From the NCBI GenBank assembly GCA_963717145.1, contig OY970325.1, positions 5,216,001 to 5,280,000 on the forward strand: a stretch of DNA of 64,000 bases. The letters run 5' to 3'. Positions 59,369 through 64,000 of this stretch are shown here, piece by piece. The translations under genes and the position numbers were made by a program. The notes beneath the pieces are model-generated. The model was not told where the DNA came from. It saw nothing but the letters and a program-made list of their open reading frames with translations, and did not search any database. Within the stretch, counting starts at the first letter, position 1. Each line of letters starts with the position of its first letter. Source of the stretch: an uncultured Armatimonadetes bacterium. Lineage in GTDB: Bacteria; Armatimonadota; UBA5829; DTJY01.

Positions 59369-61516
59369 ATGCATTTCGCTCTCATAGTCGCCCTGCTCGC
59401 AATATCAGCCGCACACGGAGGGACCATGGACACCCTGAGGACCGAGTTCGCCAATCCGGGGAACGACTACCGCGCGATTCCGATGGAGTTCGACTATGCC
59501 AAGCCAACCGAGTTCGCCGACAAGCTCGTCGATGGCAAGTGGGGTGGGGCGCACTTCAACTACCCCCACGGCGGTCCGGGATACCTCCGCGACGAGGCGG
59601 GATGGGACCAGTACAAGGCGGCGGTGGCGGCGTGCCGGGAGCGCGGGCTGAACGTCTGGATCTACGACGAAATGGGCTACCCGAGCGGCCGCGCGGGCGG
59701 CCACGTCCTGGAGGGCCATCCCGAGTACGAATCCCAGGGCCTCTTCTATGACTCCAGAGACATCGCGGTCGGCAAGGATGGGCAGACGATCGAGTGGCGC
59801 GTCCCCGAGGGCGCGCCGTTCTACGTGGCGGTCGCGCAGGTCGATTGGGGCGGCGGTCTCTACGACATTACCGAGGTCACGGACAAGGTGACGGACGGCG
59901 TCCTGAAGATGGAGTTGAAGCCCGGCAGTTGGCGGCTGATGGCGTTCGTCCAGAACCGCCTGCGGGAAGGCACGCACGCCTCGATCGCATTCGGGCCATA
60001 CATCAACATCATGGATCCCGATGCAGTAAGAAGCTTCATCGAGATCACCCACGACGCCTTCTATGCCCACTGCGGCCCGGATTTCGGCACTACGATCAAG
60101 GCCGTCTTCAACGACGAGGTCTCGCTGATGAGCGGCTTCCTCACCGATGACGCGCAGCCCCATCCCGCGGTCGCCTGGTATCACGGCCTGCCGGAGATCT
60201 TCCGGAAGCGGACCGGCTACGACATCCGCGAGTGCCTGCCCGCTCTCTTCAACAACGTCGGGCCGGATACCGCCCGGAAGCGATGTGATTACTATTCAGT
60301 GATCGCCCAGCAGGTCGCGGAGTCGTTCTTCAAGCAGGTCCGCGAATGGTGCGAGGCGCACAAGGTCGCGTCCACCGGCCATCTGCTGTGGGAGGAGTCG
60401 CTGATCTTCCATGCCAACTTCTACGGCAGCGTCTTCCCCTCGCTGAAGGAACTCGACTGGCCGGGGATCGACGTGCTCGGCGCGGGATATGGGAACACAT
60501 CCGGCTCGCACGTCGAGGGCGGGCCGGTCACCCCGAAGCTGATCGGCTCGGCGGCGCACATCTATGACAAGAAGCGCACGATGTCCGAGTCGTTCTGCTT
60601 CGTCACCGGCAAGACGCCGATCGAGGAACTCCTCGCGCACATCGCCTGGCAGCAGGTGCTCGGCATCAACAGCTTCACGACGCTGAGCATCAACGACCAG
60701 TACCCGGCGGAGTCGTTCCGCCTGCTGAACGACTACACCGGCCGCCTGAGCTACATGCTCACACAGGGACGCTTCACGGCGGATGTGGCGATTCTCTACC
60801 CGATCGCCTCCGTGTGGGCCGACTTCAAGCCGACGAACCGCCATGTCCACCACCTCGACGACAACCCGAAGGCTAAGGATGTCGATGACGCCTGGCGCGC
60901 GATCTCCCAGGAGGTGCTCGCCTGCCAGCGCGATTTCGACTACCTCGATGAGGATGCGGTCCGGCGCGCGAAGATATCCTCAGGCAAGCTGATGATCGGG
61001 AAGAACGCCTACTCGGTCCTCATCCTCCCGCACGTCACGACGCTCGACTACTCGACCCTCAAGCGGATCAAGCAGTTCGTCGATGCCGGCGGGACGGTGA
61101 TCTCCTACGAGACGCTCCCCTACACCCGCGCCGATGCAGGCCCGGCGGATGAGCATCGCGCCCTCGTCGACGACCTCTGGGATGGCAAGGGCGTCATCCA
61201 TACCGAGACCATGCCCTCATTCCGCGAGGCTCTGAGGTCGAGCGGCACCCCCGACCTCGTCATCACTCCATCGACTCCCCATATCTACTACCAGCACCGC
61301 ATCCTCCCCGCAGGCGACATCTTCTTCCTCGTCAACAACTCGACCGACCCCGTCACCGGCGACTTCGCCTTCCGCGCATCCGGCAAGCCTGAGGTCTGGA
61401 ATCCCCAAACCGCCGAGACCTCCCCCGCCGACGCCTCGAAGAAGAACGGCATGACCACCCTCCACCTCACCCTCCCGCCGAGAAGCGGGAGGTTCGCGGC
61501 ATTCCGGGGCCAATGA
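59369..61516 (+). CDS. Secreted glycoside hydrolase, GH106 (alpha-L-rhamnosidase)-like
   Basis: F.NP...YR, WIYDE.GYPSG.AGG, FNDE, PGID, SE.F, FFLVN, W.P.T motifs. Confidence 0.75.
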   Translation: MHFALIVALLAISAAHGGTMDTLRTEFANPGNDYRAIPMEFDYAKPTEFADKLVDGKWGGAHFNYPHGGPGYLRDEAGWDQYKAAVAACRERGLNVWIYDEMGYPSGRAGGHVLEGHPEYESQGLFYDSRDIAVGKDGQTIEWRVPEGAPFYVAVAQVDWGGGLYDITEVTDKVTDGVLKMELKPGSWRLMAFVQNRLREGTHASIAFGPYINIMDPDAVRSFIEITHDAFYAHCGPDFGTTIKAVFNDEVSLMSGFLTDDAQPHPAVAWYHGLPEIFRKRTGYDIRECLPALFNNVGPDTARKRCDYYSVIAQQVAESFFKQVREWCEAHKVASTGHLLWEESLIFHANFYGSVFPSLKELDWPGIDVLGAGYGNTSGSHVEGGPVTPKLIGSAAHIYDKKRTMSESFCFVTGKTPIEELLAHIAWQQVLGINSFTTLSINDQYPAESFRLLNDYTGRLSYMLTQGRFTADVAILYPIASVWADFKPTNRHVHHLDDNPKAKDVDDAWRAISQEVLACQRDFDYLDEDAVRRAKISSGKLMIGKNAYSVLILPHVTTLDYSTLKRIKQFVDAGGTVISYETLPYTRADAGPADEHRALVDDLWDGKGVIHTETMPSFREALRSSGTPDLVITPSTPHIYYQHRILPAGDIFFLVNNSTDPVTGDFAFRASGKPEVWNPQTAETSPADASKKNGMTTLHLTLPPRSGRFAAFRGQ

Positions 61517-61531
61517 GGCAGAGCTGGCGCA

Positions 61532-62731
61532 CTACAGACCCTTGCACGCTTCTTTGGTCACGTCCAGTCCCGCGAACGGTTTCACCTGTCGAATGTCCGG
61601 GATGCGTACCCCTTCCCAGATGTAGGTCGGGCTGCCATCGTAGACCAGGTATAGCTCGGCCACATAGTCATACTCGCGCTTGAGGAGGGCCTCCCGGTTT
61701 GCCTTGATCTCGGTCTCAATGGCGTTGACCGCTGCGGCGTCCATTCCGGCATCGCTTGCGATCTGTTTCCACGGCGCATCACCGGCGGCGCGCTGACCCA
61801 GGTATTCAGGGAACGACTTCGGGAACCTGTCTCGGATGACGATCTGCACCAGGTCCTCGTTGAGCTCATCCTCGCCGTGCATCGATGTGAACTTGTCCTT
61901 ACCGTCGACCTGACGCTTGTAGAGGATGTAATGAACGTCGAGTTGGGGAGTCTGACCGTCCGGTGTGGCCGTTCGCAGGAACGATATGATGGCCGATTCC
62001 GCGCGCTTGGCGAACGGGCACTGGCTCATGACCAGTAGGTCGAGAGTGTTCGTCCTCCGCTCCGCGAACCGTGTCACCTCTATCTCATCGCCGGCCTTGA
62101 GGTAGCCGGTCACGACTGTCGGTTTGCCGATTCGCGATCGCAGGTTGTCGAGCAGAGAGCCCGTGACCTTGTAGGAGTAGGAAGCGTTCCGGATGTATAC
62201 GTTGCCATCAGCGGCGGATAGAGTTCCCGCGAACGTCACCGTATCCCAGACCGGGTGGGCCTTCGCCTCATCCAGCTTCGTCATGAGCGACTTGAGAGCT
62301 GCGAACTCCTTCTTCGCCGTATCGCTCAGCTTGCCGAAGTCCGCCGCGCTCACCATATCGGCTGCCTTCGATGCCAGGGAGACTCGCCAGGAATCGATCA
62401 GCGCAGAGTCTTTGACGGTAATGGTCCACTCCACATCGGTCGCGATTCGCTCGAGTTTGGCGGTGAATTCGGTCCTACCTCCTTGTGCGCTCAGACTCCG
62501 CTGAGCGGCGTCCACCAACAGCGAGAACTCCAACGGTGCAAGGCTCAGTTCATAGCGGAGCCCGCTGCTCGCTAATCCCGGATCCGACGCGGCCCGTACG
62601 CAGACAGCGGTAGCGAGAGCGAAGGATCCCAGGACCGTCACAACGACAATCCACCTGGACCATAATCTCCGCCGACCGAGGAGCATATTGCGGGCCATTT
62701 CGCCCAGTGAGTTGCTATGGTGAACAGACAC
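61532..62731 (-). CDS. Membrane-anchored/secreted protein with C-terminal thioredoxin-fold (GILT-like) domain; start uncertain
   Basis: [23 protein letters not shown] motifs; N-terminal TM helix. Confidence 0.55.
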   Translation of the reverse strand: MSVHHSNSLGEMARNMLLGRRRLWSRWIVVVTVLGSFALATAVCVRAASDPGLASSGLRYELSLAPLEFSLLVDAAQRSLSAQGGRTEFTAKLERIATDVEWTITVKDSALIDSWRVSLASKAADMVSAADFGKLSDTAKKEFAALKSLMTKLDEAKAHPVWDTVTFAGTLSAADGNVYIRNASYSYKVTGSLLDNLRSRIGKPTVVTGYLKAGDEIEVTRFAERRTNTLDLLVMSQCPFAKRAESAIISFLRTATPDGQTPQLDVHYILYKRQVDGKDKFTSMHGEDELNEDLVQIVIRDRFPKSFPEYLGQRAAGDAPWKQIASDAGMDAAAVNAIETEIKANREALLKREYDYVAELYLVYDGSPTYIWEGVRIPDIRQVKPFAGLDVTKEACKGL

Positions 62732-63722
62732 AGCAAGTTCCAGTGGGGCCGCTGCGGTTACAAGTACCCGTGTCGGAGGTTACGCCGCAGGAACCGTGTG
62801 ATTCGGCGATGACCCGGCCAACACATATGTTGCTGCATGGCGTTTCGGCTGACTGGCACACCGCACTTGTGTGCACCGCAGGACCTGCTGGACCCTCAGT
62901 TCCCTGTGGTCCGGTGGGTCCGGTAGCACCAGTGGCCCCGGTAGGTCCTTGCGGGCCCTGAGGTCCTTGCGGACCTTGCGTCCCTTCTGCACCTGTGTCG
63001 CCCTTAGCCCCCGCAAGCCCTTGAAGTCCCTGTGCTCCGGCATCACCCTTGGGTCCTTGCAGGCCTTGCGGTCCCTGCGGACCGGGTTCACCCTGAGGGC
63101 CCTGCAACCCCTGCGTCGCCGCGGTCACCTGCAATGACCCATCCGCGAATTGGACACCGCCGGTCGATCTGATCACACCGATCACGTCCAGTGCTGTCAG
63201 GGGACTCCCGGTTCCGATCCCCAACGACCCGGTGACGTACACGTTGCCGATAAACCGGCCCGCCGGTCCTGCGCCAAGGTTAGTGACCTGGAACGCCGGC
63301 AGGTCGCTCGACGCACTCCCTGCGAACGGCAGTGAGAGGTCTGCCGCACGTATTGCATACGGCGCGGTCGTCAGCCGTGTGCGAGGGCAGAGCTCCGCCG
63401 AACTGAGAGGCTGCATGCCGAGCCAGTATTGCCTGTCGAACGGCAGAGCGATCGGTGTCACCGCGCCGAGGTTGACGTTGAATACACCGCCGCTGGTCTG
63501 AACGCTCTGAACCTCCTGCCAGAGCGCCGTGCCCTGTCCGCAGGTTCCCACATCATACAGGCGGAATGTCACGCTCTGCACGCCGTCACTCACCGGCTGG
63601 CCGAGCGAGTTGGTCAGCTTGCCCTGTAACGTGAGTATCCTCGGCACGTCACCGAGAACTCCAGCGGCCAACAGATGCGACAAAGTTAGCAGCATCACGA
63701 ATGGAACCAAGTGTGTCTTCAT
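62715..63722 (-). CDS. Secreted collagen-repeat protein with tail-fibre-like N-terminal module and Cys-rich C-terminus
   Basis: Signal peptide; QGKLTNS.G.P..., F.LY, LW.E, PRTRLT..PYA..A; about 25 GXY triplets; 8 C-terminal Cys. Confidence 0.8.
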   Translation of the reverse strand: MKTHLVPFVMLLTLSHLLAAGVLGDVPRILTLQGKLTNSLGQPVSDGVQSVTFRLYDVGTCGQGTALWQEVQSVQTSGGVFNVNLGAVTPIALPFDRQYWLGMQPLSSAELCPRTRLTTAPYAIRAADLSLPFAGSASSDLPAFQVTNLGAGPAGRFIGNVYVTGSLGIGTGSPLTALDVIGVIRSTGGVQFADGSLQVTAATQGLQGPQGEPGPQGPQGLQGPKGDAGAQGLQGLAGAKGDTGAEGTQGPQGPQGPQGPTGATGATGPTGPQGTEGPAGPAVHTSAVCQSAETPCSNICVGRVIAESHGSCGVTSDTGTCNRSGPTGTCCVCSP

Positions 63723-63776
63723 ATTCCGTTTCTCCCTACTCGAACCCTTGATCGGACATAGTTGCCGAGCCGGATG

Positions 63777-64000
63777 CTACAGCTTCATGATGAACGCCAG
63801 GGCATAGAACGGCGGGCAGTTCTCATGAGGCTGGTTGCCGCCCGTTGCGCCCGTCTGTACACTCTCGGGACGCTGCACGCCATCCTGGCCGCCATTACAC
63901 CCGGCCCAAGCATGGCCGCTCTCAGTATGCGTATGCGACGGCATCTCGGCCACGGTCAGGGTATGTTGATGCTCTCCGCCGGTGAGCATCGGACTCCCCT
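63777..64000 (-). CDS. C-terminus of tail-collar/short-tail-fibre-like protein, truncated by window edge
   Basis: GGEHQHTLTVAEMPSHTH...TGGNQPHEN.PPFYALAFIMKL. Confidence 0.75.
   Translation of the reverse strand, partial: GSPMLTGGEHQHTLTVAEMPSHTHTESGHAWAGCNGGQDGVQRPESVQTGATGGNQPHENCPPFYALAFIMKL

Overview
GC-rich (roughly 60-65% by eye) bacterial chromosomal window. It is plausibly Armatimonadota-like, inferred from three DUF6785/DUF6784-type membrane proteins and a large secreted FG-GAP/Ig protein. Gene content: a 5'-truncated FG-GAP surface protein; an ADP-ribosylglycohydrolase; a sugar ABC binding protein and permease; an aryl-acid cluster (iorA-iorB-paaK-SSS-ACT-ACT-livKHMGF-paaK2-porin); a PIN toxin-antitoxin pair; a lower-GC HNH/N6-methyltransferase + PD-(D/E)xK-like island; a GH42-like/sulfatase operon; a PAS/GAF kinase with an ANTAR regulator; several housekeeping enzymes; and collagen/tail-fibre-like genes at the right edge. 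No rRNA, tRNA, CRISPR array or canonical transposase/integrase was seen. The most striking signal is non-coding. A DUF559 (Vsr-like) endonuclease gene is bracketed by hairpin inverted ends (10505-11030), and an almost exact gene-less copy of both ends lies at 5776-5898, i.e. a candidate autonomous/non-autonomous element pair. Many other palindromic repeat families occur, four copies of them in frame inside proteins. A synonymously diverged duplicate of a transporter gene's last 237 bp separates the toxin-antitoxin cassette from the defence island. Six genes carry frameshifts that mostly look like sequencing indels. All family assignments come from motif recognition by eye, not database searches.
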